Under the pieces are notes generated by a model that had not been told where the DNA came from, made no database searches, and saw nothing but the letters and a program-made list of their open reading frames with translations. From assembly GCF_018350175.1 (NCBI RefSeq), contig NC_058368.1, forward strand, positions 165,666,001-165,730,000: a stretch of 64,000 nt of DNA, written 5' to 3'. Position numbers and translations under genes: made by a program. Origin of the DNA: Felis catus (Eukaryota). Below, piece after piece: positions 50,780 to 63,665 of the stretch (positions are counted from its first letter, which is position 1; the number at the start of each line of letters is the position of its first letter).

Positions 50780-51110
50780 AATTTGCAAGGGAAGGTACAG
50801 TAACCAGGGTTTACCCCCTGCCCTAAGGAATGTAGGTAAGGGGTGTGTTACTGGAACCTGGGATCAGAAAAAAAGGTTAAGAATAAGGTCTTCTGTGTTG
50901 AGAGAAAAGTGAACATGGCAAACCAAGGAAATCCTACAGGGAGAGTGAGAGAGATAAGTACTCTGATTTTACTATCTTCTCTATGATCTCCTGCCAGGGC
51001 TACTGTATCAGTTGAACACATAAAGGCACTGGATATATAGATGAAGTTAGGACAGAATGGCCTCTGGTTGTAGAAACATGGAGAAGGATGGAGAATGGAT
51101 GAAGAAGAAG
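50780..51110 (-). mobile_element. Old MaLR LTR fragment (MLT1M/N-like)
   Basis: GATCTCCTGCCAGGG...GGAGAAGGATGGAGAATGGAT. Confidence 0.45.
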
Positions 51111-51909
51111 AAAAGGAAAAACAGAAAGACTTCAATGAAAATTTTATTAGGTTGACGAGACCACTTAGAATACTTCTACCTAATGGTGGAAGTTCTCTCC
51201 ATTCTCTACCCTCCCCCTCTTCGTAGAGGCTTAGTTCATACTTATTTGTAAAAATGAGCATAACTTGTACCTGTACAGGTATATGTAGCATCTGATTTCA
51301 GGACTGTAAGAAGTATAAAGCTCTAGGCAATTATCCTACTACTTCACCTGTTATGCAAATGTAAGTGACTTCATATGTAAATGCACACTGTGGGCATTCT
51401 GTGACAATTCCCCAGTATATAATAAACAAGTTCAGATGTCTTTAAGATCTACGCAATTATAATGAATGAGTGAGTTATGTCAGGCTTAAGAAAAGACACA
51501 TTTTGTTCAGTATTTAAGATGGTGAGTTCTACTTTATTATTTCTTCAAATTTATAGGGATGTGACTATAATTTTACTTCCTTCTTTCATTTCTATTGACA
51601 AAGAAGACAATAAAAATAACACCAGACAATAATAAAAGCAAACTAACAAAACCTCAGCAATCCAGTATTAATTAGTTTATGTTCAAGGGAATTAGTAGTA
51701 TCTCTTGGCCACCTGCTAATTTTAGGAGGAATCCTGAAAGCACTTGACAGGCAACAGAAAAAGGTCTCAGGTGTACAGCAGCTTTGGGAATGTGGAAAAA
51801 ACTGTTTTTGTTTAATCAAGCTATCCTGAGGAAGTTACTAAAGAGTATTACCTTTGGGGATGTAAAGAGGTTATATCTTTTGTCATAAGGTGAGTTAACA
51901 GTTATCTGT

Positions 51910-52582
51910 GACTGGTTATCTATTGATATGGTAGTACTGCCTCACATACCACCCACAACTCAGAGGCATACAACAATAAACATTGAAGACTGGCATGTCT
52001 TACAGCTTTTGTGGATCTAGACATGGCTTACTGTTACTGCTCATGCCTCTGTGCAGTAGTTTCCTCTTTAAGGTCTCTGCTGGGGCACCTGGGTGACTCA
52101 GTAGGTTGGATGACTGACTTTGGCTCAGGTCATGATTTTCCAGTCCGTGGGTTTGAGCCCCACACTGGGCTCTGTGTTGACAGCTCAGAGCCTGGAGCCT
52201 GCTTCACATTCTGTGTCTCCCTCTCTCTCCCCTCCCTTCCCTCCCCCTCATGTTCTGTCTCTGTCTCTGTCTTTCTGTCTCTTTCTCCCTGTCAAAAATA
52301 AACAAACATTAAAAAAATAAAGTGTCTGTCAGCTGACTCTGCTAATCTTGACAGGGCTGACTCGCATACTTGGGGCTTGACAGTTATCTGAGCATCTAAG
52401 ATGGTCTCAGTTGGATTGATTGGAGCAAGTCAGCTCAGCTTCACATCTCTTATCTTCCAACAGATAACAGTAGGCAGATTCTCTTGGTAAAGGGAGGAGG
52501 AAAAGTAAAAACCAGCCTCTGTGCACGTACTTTCCATGTTTCTGCTTGTGTTACATTTATTATCATCTTGTGGGCCAAAGCA
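51910..52582 (-). mobile_element. MaLR LTR (MLT1G/H-like) interrupted by a SINE
   Basis: CCACCCACAACTCAGAGGCATACAACAATAAACATT and TTCTGCTTGTGTTACATTT...GGCCAAAGCA. Confidence 0.65.
52082..52318 (+). mobile_element. Felid Can-SINE
   Basis: Full length; flanks TAAGGTCTCTG / TAAAGTGTCTG. Confidence 0.94.
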
Positions 52583-52632
52583 GCACTGATTTTTCCTTTT
52601 TTTAAAACTCTTTTTGGACTTGGTAACAATAT

Positions 52633-52635
52633 TTT

Positions 52636-52674
<39 letters not shown>

Positions 52675-52697
52675 CTCTTTCTTTCTTTCTATTTTTC

Positions 52698-52725
<28 letters not shown>
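52633..52725. repeat. (CTTT)n plus poly-T
   Basis: Direct read. Confidence 0.95.
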
Positions 52726-52728
<3 letters not shown>

Positions 52729-54783
52729 AAAACACTATAGTTAATGAAATATTTTCTGGATTATTGAGGGAAGTCGGGGGGAAGGAATGAAGTAAGTACT
52801 TCTAAAACATCTGGAACAACCCATCTCATCAGCTGTGAAAGGAAGAATAAATTTGAGAGAAGAAGGATTTTTTTTTCCTTTTTGATCAAGAAAACACTTT
52901 TATGTTGCTCAATTTCCCATCCATTTTAGAGGGATGATAGAATACCATTCCATAAAGCCAGCCTTTTAACCAGCCTGAAGCAGCAGTTATGTATTCTCAA
53001 CATCTACCTTAGAAAGAAACATTGGGTCTTCCGCCTTGATATTTTGGGATTTATTTGACTGACTTGATGATCTGACTCTAGGGCATGACTGCTCTTCTGA
53101 ATTCCTTCTGCTTTCTTAAATCCTACTCATTCTTTAATGCTCACTTCATTTCCTTCTCTTATGTACTCATTTGTTTTTCCAGACTGCTCTAGCTTTTTTT
53201 GATATCCCCATTTCTGAAATCTCCGTGCATATTTTAAAATCTATACCATGAAATTTATTTCTGAAAAACTATTGTTTCTAGTACCTGGACAGACACTTAC
53301 TATATGTTAGGTGCTTGGATCATATTTGCTTTAAAAAGAGGAGTGTTTATTTTATTTGTTGTTTAATGTGTCTTATTTCCAAAGATTATTTCAAAGATAA
53401 AGATAAAATGAAACCACACCATTTTTACAGCTGCACAGAAAAGGAGTAGTTGTTCTACTATTGAAATTATTTCATGATGGCAAAGAACTGAAGCCAGAGA
53501 ATATAAGTATACTGGACTGTAGAAATGACTCCAACTTGGAGATTCTGAGAATGTTTTCTTGTCACAGGGAAGATATATATCAATTTTGGCAATAACACAG
53601 AGACATTTTTTTGTGAATTTCTTTGGAACTCTGATTTGCCTCCTTCCAAATTTAATCTCACAAGAACTAAATAGCCTTGAGGGAGAACATATACATTATT
53701 TTTTACATTTTAAATTTTTCTGAGAAAATCCATTCTTTATTGGAGCTAAGAAATGGAACAGGAGTTGCAGGAAATGAAGTGGGATAAATTTTGAGGAAAA
53801 CCAATAATTTCTTGCCACATGGTTATTTCCGAACTTAATTGTTTTAGGTTCAGGATATGGAGACGAGGGAAGTTGCCAAAAGAGAGAGATCTAAGCCTGG
53901 TTCTTTATGGAGGATAGATCAGACCCCTAAAGGGTTTCTCTTCACCAAAGTTTTCTTGGGCAGTGAAGTATCATAAGAGGAATAGGTGAATGTCATGAAT
54001 GCTTTACAGAGGAATAAAGGAGTTCTGAAAGACATGTGAGGGGAAAAGTATTTTCATTTGGTGTGTTACTGAAAGCAAACAGAGGCAATTATTTAAATTT
54101 GCAGCTGCTTGAGACAGTAGATAACAGGTGAAGCAGAAAATAGGCTAACTAAAAAGCTTCAAATAAAAAGTTGAGGAATGAGATGTCCATAAAGGCTTTG
54201 ACAAGCTCTTATATGAATCTGAGGCCCTGAAAGACCACAGATATGCATACTGTTGTGCACACACCCAGAGTTATGTATATGCTCAAGAAAGACCTGAAGA
54301 CCTGAGAAGGCCCTATGCTCTTACCTCTGTCTACTCTTGAGGCTCTCACATGCAGAAATGAAGTCTAAGTTGAAGATGTCAACTGACTAAGTGAGGTTAA
54401 AGGTGTGCCTCCAATGTGAACAAAGAACTTCTCAGCAAATATAGAGATGTGTTTTTCAACAATTTTAGGAAGTCTTTGTCCAGTTATTAGCTGACTACTA
54501 AGCTGACTAAACAGAGACTCTACAGCTACAGATGACAAAGAAAAGAAACTTTACAGAATACATAATTAGTTTATAAAACTCATTAAATAAAGAAACAACA
54601 AAACAAAACAAAACTACAACAAACATCCACAGTCAGCCTACTTGGGAGCATGGGTGGAGAGGGGTGGGAAAATCTGATATCCAGAATTGCCTATGGTATT
54701 ATTTACAATGTTTAGTTTTTAACAAAAAGTTATACACCATGCAAAGAATCTACAAAGTATGGCTCAAACAAAGGCGGAAAACT

Positions 54784-54969
54784 GGGGAGCCTCCGTGGCT
54801 CAGTCAGTTAAGTGTCTGACTCTTGATTTCAGCTCAGGTCATTATCTCACAGTTTGTGAGATAGAATCCAGCATGGGACTCTGTACTGAGTGCGGAGCCT
54901 GCTTGGGATTCTTTCTCTCTCCCTCTTTCTCTCTCTGAGCCTCCCCCAACTCACGTCTGCCTGCATGTG

Positions 54970-55000
<31 letters not shown>

Positions 55001-55026
55001 AAAATAAATAAATAAACATTAAAAAA
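54784..55026 (+). mobile_element. Can-SINE
   Basis: Head, (CT)n and A tail. Confidence 0.93.
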
Positions 55027-56122
55027 GGGAGGGGGGTATCACAATAGAATCTGTCCCTGAGGAAGCCCAGATGTCAGATTTACTAGAGATTTTCACTCAG
55101 CTAGTTTAAATATGTTCCTATAAGTAGAAGGAATCATGTTTTAAAAACTAAAGGATAGTATGAGTATAATGTCTAACCAAATGGAGAATAAACAGATAAA
55201 AATTATAAATAAAAGAACCAAGTAAGATTCTGGAGTTAAAAACTACAATAATTTCAATGAAAAATTCACTGGAGGACCACTACATCAGATTTGAGAAGGC
55301 AGAGGAAAGAATCGGAAAATTTGAAAATAGGGTTAATTGAGAATATCACGTCTAAGGGACAGAAAGAAAGGAGAATAAAGAAAAAAGAACGGATACTCAG
55401 AAATTCTGGTATACAATCAAGTACATCAAACACGGAGTCCAGGAAATTGAGGTGTTTAAAATAAGGAAAAATGTTTGATGAAATAATGTCCCAAACTATC
55501 TCAAATTTACCAAAATATATGGATCCACACACCAGAGAACCTCAACAAATTTCAAGTAAGATAAACTCAAAGAGATCCACACCAAGACATACCATGACCA
55601 AACTGTCAAAAAACAAGACAACGAACCTTGAAAGCAGCAAGAATTATTTGCAAACACATATTCTCTATAAGAAATCTTAAATGGAGTCCTTCAGGTTGAA
55701 TGGAAAAATATTTAACAGTAACTTGAATCCACATGAAGAAATAAAAGTCAATGATAATGGTTAACTACACTGATAGAAATATGTTTTTGTTTGTAACATT
55801 CCTCCTGTATGACTGAGAAGACAATTGCCTAAAGCATCAATTATAAATCTATATTAAAGGGCACATAATGTATAAAGATGTAATTTGTATGACAATAATA
55901 GTACAAAGGAGAAGGAGCAAACAGCTATTATAGGAACAAAGATTTTGCCTATTATTGGGGTTAAATTGGAATTAATCAGAACTACATTGTTATAAATTAA
56001 GAGATTAATTGTAATCCACAGGGTGACCATTAATAAAGTATGTCCCAGTAAATTGTAAATGACTGAAATAATACAAGATATCTTAGCTGACCACAGTGGA
56101 ATTAAATCAGAAGTCAATAACA

Positions 56123-56344
56123 TTTGGGCTCTCTCCATATTTTGGCTATTGTTAAAGACAACAAACTAAGGATTGATGGAGGGAGGTAGGTGTGAGATGG
56201 GCTGGATGGGTGATGGTATTAAGGAGGGCACTTGTGATGAGCACTGGGTGTTGTATGTAAGTGACCATTCACTGAATTCTACTCCTAAAACCAATATTGC
56301 ACCGTATGATAACTAACTAAAATCTAAATTGCAAAAAAATTTAA
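56123..56344 (+). mobile_element. Short carnivore L1 3' end with 5' inversion
   Basis: TSD AAGTCAATAACA at 56111-56122 and 56345-56356; 56123-56153 is antisense L1. Confidence 0.9.
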
Positions 56345-57312
56345 AAGTCAATAACAAAAGGAAATTTGGGAAATTTACAAATATATCAAAATTAAATAGT
56401 AAATTCATAAATTTAGCAATGACACAAGGAATAAATCACAATGGAAATTAAAATAATTCGAGATAAGTAAAACAAAAATAAAACAAACTAAAATTTATAG
56501 GATGAAGCTATAGCTGTGTTTATAGGAAAATGTGTATCTATAAATGACTATATTTTAAAAAGATTAAATTAATAACCTAATTTTACAACTAAAGAAACAA
56601 GAAAAGATGAGCAAACTAAACCAAATACAACGGAGCAAAAATAAATGATAGAAAATCCAAAAGCAGTAGAGAAAACAAAACTAAAAGGTGTTCTTTGAAA
56701 GTTCCAAAAATTGACATACTGTTAGCTCGACAGCACAAAAAACAAGACTCAAAGTACTAAAATTAGAAATGAAAGAGGGAACATTACTACAGAATTTATA
56801 GACTTAAAATCAATTATAAGGAAATACTAAAAACAATTGTAAGGCAAAAAATTAGATAACTTACATGAAATTGACCAATTGGTAAAAGACCTGTAACAAT
56901 TAAATGGATTGAGATAGTAACTAAAAACTTTCTATTCACAAATAAAAGTACGGGACTGGACTTCAGTTAGTTAAAATATGGCCAAAGAATTTGAAGTCAC
57001 TTCTCCTATGAAGATACACCAATGGCTAATTAGCACATAAAAAGATGCTCAATATCATTATCATTAGGGAAATGCAAAGCAAAACTATGAGATACCACTT
57101 CATACTTGTTAGGAGGGAGGTAATAAATAAAGACCATAGCAGGTTTTGAAGAGAACCTTGACAATGGCACTCTCTTACATTGCTGGTGGGACTATAGAAT
57201 GGTACAGCTATTGTGGAAACAGTGTGACAGTTCTTCAAAAGTTAAACCTACTCACTATGTTATTTGGTATGTACCCCCAAGAACTGAAAACATATGTTCA
57301 CAACAAAACTTA

Positions 57313-57497
57313 GGGGCACGTGGGTGGCTCAGTTGGTCAAGCATCACTCTTGGTTTCAGCACAGGTCATGAATTCACGGTTTCATGAGTTCAAGCCCCAA
57401 ATCGGTTATGGAGCCTACTTGGGATTCTGTCTCTCCTCTCTCTGCCCCTCCCCACTCATTCTGTCTCTGTCTCTCTCAAAATAAATATTAAAAAAAA
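57313..57497 (+). mobile_element. Can-SINE
   Basis: Head GGGGCACGTGGGTGGCTCAGTTGG and A tail; the host L1M continues on both sides. Confidence 0.92.
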
Positions 57498-58914
57498 ATC
57501 TGTACCCAAATGTTCATAATAGCTATTCTTAATGGATAAAGAGTAGAAACAACTCAAATGTCCATCAGCTGATGAATGGATAAACAAAATTGTGGCATAT
57601 CCATTTAATAGAATAGTATTTTCCTATGCAGGGAATAAAACATACACTAAAACATAGATGAATATTAAAAATATTATGCTAAGTGAAACTACCCAGACAC
57701 AAAAGCTCACATGATTCCATGCATATGGTAGTCCAGAATAGGCAAACTTCTGGAGACAGAAAGTTGGGTATTTGCTGCCAGGATTTAGAGGGAGGGAAGA
57801 ATGGGGGTGATTGCTAATAGGCTGTGATTTCATTTCAGGGTGATGAAAATATTCTTGAATTAGAAAATCATGATGGCTTCAAAACATTGCTTATTATAAC
57901 AAAACCCACTGGTTTGCACCTGAAAAGGATAATGTTTAAAGAATATAAATTATATGTCAATAAAAAATCAACTTAATTGAGGCATAATTTATTACATTTA
58001 CTCAGATTTCAGTTTTTGCAGAATATGTGAATACAGTCTCTCCATTAATTAGTTCATCAATCTCTCAGCTTTCATTGTGTAGATCTTGCACACCCATTAT
58101 TCAATTTATCTCTAATTAGTTCATATTTTGAAGGCAATACTGCACTTATTTTACTTTCTGGTTGTTCAACGCTAATATATGAAAATATGTCTTTTGTATA
58201 TTTTATAGTATTCTGTGGCCTTGCTATCAATTACTAGTTCTTGCAGCTTGTTGTTGGTGGTGGTGTTGTTGTTGCAGGAGTAGATTCCCTTGGATATTCT
58301 ATATATATGATCATGTAATCTCTAAATAAAGAAAGTTTTATTTTCTTTACAATCCAGATGCATTTTATTTCTTTTAAATCTATGGAGACATACTGGTTTT
58401 TGTTCTGTTTTGTTTTTGTCCCAGAATAATGTGTATCTTGGTATGTATTCCATGTATGCTTGGAAAGAACTACTGTTGGGTGAAGTTTTCTAGAAATGCC
58501 AGTTAGGTCTGGGTGTTTCATAGACTTTTTTTTCAAGTTGCTTTTTGTAAATCATTCTATCAGTTCTTGAGAGAGAAGGTATTGAAAATTCTAACTATAA
58601 TTGTGGATTTGTCTATTTCTCTTTTTAGCTTTCTTTATTGTTTGTCTCCTATATTTTGAAGTTCTCTTATTAAGTTTATAGGATTATGGTAGCTCTCTTA
58701 ATATAATCATTATGGCCTCCTGACAAACTAACTTCATTATCATTATGAAATAATTATCTTCATTTCTGATATTTCTTGACTTAAATTTTACTTTTCATTA
58801 ATGTAGCCACTTCAGCTGTTTTCATTAGCACTAGCATGGTATTTCTTTTTCTTTTTCTTTTTAACCTATATGTGGCTTTATTTTTAGTTTCTTGTAGACA
58901 GCACATAGTTGTAT

Positions 58915-59332
58915 GTAGTGATTTAAAATACGGCAATAGATTATTTGATATTCCTTCCTTCAACAGTTGAAGTATCTTTCTCTTCCCCTTTAGTGAAGGT
59001 TAGACTTAAGGATTCACTTTTAGCAAATTGAATAAAGCAGACACAGTAACATAAGACTTCAAAAATAAGGTCCTAAAAGGCACTTCAGTTTCCTCCTTGT
59101 TCTCTTCTTTAAATAACTCATTCTGGAGAAGCTAGTTGCTTTATCACAAGGACATTCAGTCAGCATTATGAAAAGATCCACGTAGTGAGGAACTGGGTGG
59201 TCCTGCCAACAAGTGGATCTTCCAGCCCCCATGAAGCCTTTCAGGCACTGAACAATCACATGACTGCCATCCCATAAAAGACCATGAGCTGGAACCTCTC
59301 ACTAAAGCTGTTTTCAGATTTATGACCCTCAG
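58915..59332 (+). mobile_element. MaLR LTR (MLT1F-like)
   Basis: CCACGTAGTGAGGAACTG...AAGTGGATCTTCCAGCCCC. Confidence 0.7.
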
Positions 59333-59493
59333 TCTTATTATTTATCCAACCAAATAATCTTTGCCTTTAATTGGCTTGTTTGGGCCACTGACATTTTATG
59401 TGAGTATCAATGTGATTGGGCTTAAATCAACAATATTGTTCTTTGTTTTTCCTTCCTTCCTTTTGTTCCAATTCATAAACATGATACACTTTA

Positions 59494-59595
59494 TTCCTTC
59501 CTTTCTTCTTTCTTTCCTTCCTCCCTTCCTTCCTTCCCTCCCTCCTTCCATCCCTTTCTTTCTTTTCTTTTCTTTCTTTCTTTCTCTTTCTTTCT

Positions 59596-59644
<49 letters not shown>

Positions 59645-59751
59645 TTTTTTCTTTTTTTCTCTAAGTAAGCTCCATGCCCAACATGGGGCTTGAATTTACA
59701 ACCCTGAGTTCAAGAGTTACTTGCTCTTCTGACTGAGCCAGCTAGTTCCCC
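59494..59751 (-). mobile_element. Short Can-SINE with expanded (CTTT/CCTT)n tail
   Basis: Antisense head GGGGCTTGAATTTACAACCCTGAG...CTGACTGAGCCAG preceded by about 165 nt of pyrimidine repeat. Confidence 0.8.
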
Positions 59752-60011
59752 TCTATATTTATTTAGATGTTCTTTCATTTCTCTTGTCAATATTTTGCAG
59801 TTGTCAATTTAGAAATATCAACATGTTCAATTAATTTATTCATAATATTATATGTTTTTTATGACATTGCAAACATCATTTTAAAATAGTGTTTTTAATT
59901 ATTTGTTGGCAGCATATAAAAATACAATTGACTTTTGTATATTAACTATATATCCTGGCATCAAAGTAATACTTTGGGAAGGAAAATAAGTTAGAATTTC
60001 TTTTACATAAC

Positions 60012-60183
60012 TAATATATATATATACACATATATATGTGTATATATATATATTAATGGTCTATATTTTAACATAAAATCAGGTATGTATATGTATGTAT
60101 ACGTATGTATATGTATACATATATATGTGCATATATATATATATATATATTTTAATGCTCTATATTTTAACATAAAATCAGGT
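60012..60183. repeat. (TA)-rich palindrome plus 99-bp-period tandem duplication
   Basis: 32-mer at 60053-60084 repeated at 60152-60183 with 1 mismatch; 60012-60055 is a perfect palindrome. Confidence 0.92.
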
Positions 60184-60976
60184 TAAATTGAATATTTTAG
60201 TTTTTTGTCCAGACAACATGTAATAGTTTTCAATAAGGACTTTCTGAAACAATGATTCCACTTTGTATCATTACCATTCAAAGTGACAGAGCATGGGGGA
60301 AAGGGTAAAAAGCAAAATAAAACAAAACAAACAAACAAAAAACCAACAAAAACATATTGATAGGCCAGACTAACGGTAGGGATTTCAGGTTACAAGGTAC
60401 AGCTCTGTATTTAGTAAGTCTTCTGATATTTCCCAAATTAAGCCATGAAAGTAACCACATAATCTGCCAATTTATAGACATGATGCAGTGTCCATTCTTT
60501 CTGGAGAAGCACTTACCAATCCCAACATGAATCTATGGCAAACACGGCATTAAAAATATATGTGCAAGTATATGGAGTTTTTTTTTCTCTAGATACATAT
60601 CTGTTATTTATTTTATTGCCAAAGAGTTGCAAAATGTATGTAGTTTCACATTCCTAACCCTTGCAGTTCTGAAAAACCATCTGCAGGAATCTTCATTTGT
60701 TTGGAATCAAAAGGACAGCAGCTTTTTCAAAAAGGAGGTTCCTATTCATGGACTTGAGAGTATATAGCTATTTTTTTTCCTAGACAATATTTATTCTTTC
60801 TAAAGACCCAGTGAACTTTGATTCTTATAAACTTGGAAGTACGTTTTTGTGATAAGAGCAATATTTCACTGTATCTGGGAGTAGGTAGGAGTTTGGAGGA
60901 CTAGGTTTCTTTGTTGATCTCACATATATAAGATATATATAAAATTTTTCTATGTTGTTTAAATGAGTCCTGTGAT

Positions 60977-61199
60977 GGGGCGCCTGGGTGGCGCAGTTGG
61001 TTAAGCGTCCGACTTCAGCCAGGTCACGATCTCGCGGTCCGTGAGTTCGAGCCCCGCGTCGGGCTCTGGGCTGATGGCTCAGAGCCTGGAGCCTGTTTCC
61101 GATTCTGTGTCTCCCTCTCTCTCTGCCCCTCCCCCGTTCATGCTCTGTCTCTCTCTGTCCCAAAAATAAATAAACGTTGAAAAAAAAATTAAAAAAAAA
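60977..61199 (+). mobile_element. Young felid Can-SINE
   Basis: CpG-intact; TSD TAAATGAGTCCTGTG at 60960-60974 and 61200-61214. Confidence 0.98.
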
Positions 61200-61400
61200 T
61201 AAATGAGTCCTGTGCAACTGGTCTAAACTGTCCAGTATTTTTTTTTTTTTTTGGTTCAAAGGATATGGAGTTCATGATGTTACTTTTGTGAATTTTGGCA
61301 TTATTTGAATAATTCAAGATTTATTCTACAAGCAATAAGTGCTAAACTTCTCATATGTATGAACATCTGAAATAAATAGGCCTCAAAACCCATAATTATT

Positions 61401-61627
61401 TTTTTAAGTTTATTCATTTTTGAGAGAGAGAGAGAGACAGAGAGAGAGAGTGAGAGAGAGAGAGAGCTGGGGAAGGGCAGAGGGAGAGGGAGACACAGAA
61501 TCAGAAGCAGGCTCCAGACTCTGAGCTGTCAGCACAGAGCCTGATGTGGGACTCGAACTCATGAACTGTGTGATCATGACCTGAGCCAAAGCTAGACGCT
61601 TAACCAACTGTGTCACCCAGGCACCCC
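61401..61627 (-). mobile_element. Felid Can-SINE
   Basis: TSD CCTCAAAACCCATAATTATT at 61381-61400 and 61626-61645. Confidence 0.97.
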
Positions 61628-62209
61628 TCAAAACCCATAATTATTAAAAATAAAGAAATCATACACATTTCTAGCAGGATTTACATAAAATACAAAGTCT
61701 ATAATTTGAAAGGGATAGTTTTAGGTGCCCAAATTCAAAAGACTAAATATCCAAATTATTGTTATATAGATAAATAATCGATGGATAGACACATTTTTAA
61801 TTAAACAAATAATTTATTTTAAAAATAGCAAGCTGATGAAACATAGAATATTTCTATGTTTCTATTCCTTTTCTAGCATCCATAGTCCTTCATAGGTTGC
61901 CAGGTATGGAGAAAAATTCAGGATTTATGTGGAGAATAGCTGAAAGTAATTGGACCAAAGATGGACCTGATCATCCAATCCCACCATTTCTTTTGTCTTC
62001 CATTAAAATTTAGAGTTTTGTCTCTCTCGTTTTAAATTCTCCACTTAAAGTAAGGACAATTCAGAGATATAAATCTGAAAAGCATCAATCTTTCCACTCA
62101 TTCATATTCAATAGGCTTTTGTTTAATGTCTTCAGTGCACTAAGATACATGCTAATATTAAGGATATAAGGATGAATTATCTGACTCTAGGGACCACAAT
62201 GTTGTCTTA

Positions 62210-62300
62210 TTATTTTTAAATAATCTCTATACTTAACAATGGGCTCACACTTACAACTCTGAGATCAAAAGTAGCATGATCTACCCTGAGCCAGGTGCCC
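62210..62300 (-). mobile_element. Short Can-SINE (old type) in an L2 3' remnant
   Basis: Ends CTGAGCCAGGTGCCCC; flanks CCACAATGTTGTCTTA / CCACAGTTTGTCTTA. Confidence 0.75.
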
Positions 62301-63524
62301 CCACAGTTTGTCTTAATTTGATGAATCATGGCAATGAAGATTATAGCAAATTTTATTTTAAGTAATTTATTTTTATTTTCTAAATTTATTCAAAAAGGTG
62401 TGAGTCAGAACCACCATTCTATGACATAAAGTTTGACTCAAACCAGAAAATCTCTATATTGTTCAATACTAGTAACAGGAAAAATACTTAAACTTTTATT
62501 GTGAGATTTTAGAGTTTCTTAAAAGTTTAGTGATCATTAAAATTCAATTCCTTGGAGCTATAAAATAAAATTATTGCTTTTGCTCTATGTGAATTGGTGC
62601 ATATATTATTTAAACTACTGTTAATTTGTGTGCCACACTGAAATAATTGCTCTGGAGTCCATAATATCATTTGTTGAGGAATCAAGATACCATTGCTTGA
62701 TTAGATTTAAATTTAATCTTAAAAATTAACCTGAAAATTTCTTCATTTGATTAGACACATGTCTAAATTATAACCAAGAAATGCAAATAATATTTCCATA
62801 TATTTACTGATAGACTAGAATTCTAAATTATTGCAACATTGAAACAGGTTTCTTTACAGTATATATTTTCAATTACTTCCAATCAATATATCTGTTGTAA
62901 ACATAAAAAGAACAAGTATAGTTAAAATATTAGAGGATAGAAATGATGAATTTAAATATAATATTTAAATAAATGCCAATTATTTATTCATTACAAATTA
63001 TACAAGGAGAGAATATTATTTCAAAGTAACATTATAATATATACTTTATTGAAAAATACCTGGTTATTGAAAATACAGTTAAAAGATAATTAGAAAGTAT
63101 AGTGAACTTTGTGGTAATTAATTAATGCCACAAACAGATATTAAATAACTGTGTTGTATGAAGAAAATTATAATATATACTAAAAACATTTTATAAAAAA
63201 ATTGACACACATTTGACAAAACTTGCTGTATATATATATGTGATAGTCTATGTATATAAAATTTATATTATTTTAGAATAGTCAATAATAAATGATGTTT
63301 TAAAGATCATCAATGATACACAGGCATTTTCCTCTCAATCTTTACTGCAATGATTTAATAAATGATGCTTTGATTGCGTCAAAACTGGAAGTAAACTTGT
63401 TCCTGTCTCCCGTGTTGCTTTCTATTTACCTGGATTGTATATGAAGGAGGATTGACCTGGAATGTATATGAATATCATTAGCTCAAGAGGTAGATCTGAT
63501 GTCCCAATTATAAAATGTTAATGA

Positions 63525-63665
63525 TAATGATAACAATATCTTACTGTATCGCAATCACTTGTTCTAAACACTTTACTGTGTTTACTCATTTACTATTCAC
63601 AGCAAACTTATATGCACATAATATTATTATACCCATTTTACAGTTAGAAAAACCACACCCAGATA
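63525..63665 (-). mobile_element. MIR fragment
   Basis: TTCTAAACACTTTAC...ATTATTATACCCATTTTACAG. Confidence 0.7.

Larger units (their letters stand above)
53950..57968 (+). mobile_element. Old L1 (L1MB-like) from 5' UTR to 3' end, much deleted, hosting three younger inserts
   Basis: ORF1-like peptide at 55471-55680 (KINSKRSTPRH); 3' end AAATGTCCATCAGCTGATGAATGGATAAACAAAAT...TCAATAAAAAA. Confidence 0.8.
58000..59960 (-). mobile_element. Old L1M ORF2 fragments with nested MLT1 and SINE
   Basis: CTAACTATAATTGTGGATTTGTCTATTTCTC and TTCTTGTAGACAGCA antisense ORF2 motifs. Confidence 0.7.

Noticed and set aside
50848..51291. Longest ORF in the track (147 aa, minus strand)
   Set aside because: No recognisable domain, low-complexity S/F stretch, overlaps an old LTR fragment; chance ORF.
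60825..61259. 144-aa ORF and similar ORFs (5480-5782, 8737-8931, 18630-18995, 31879-32184, 41125-41448)
   Set aside because: They are read-throughs of Can-SINE sequence; the same peptides recur at each SINE copy.
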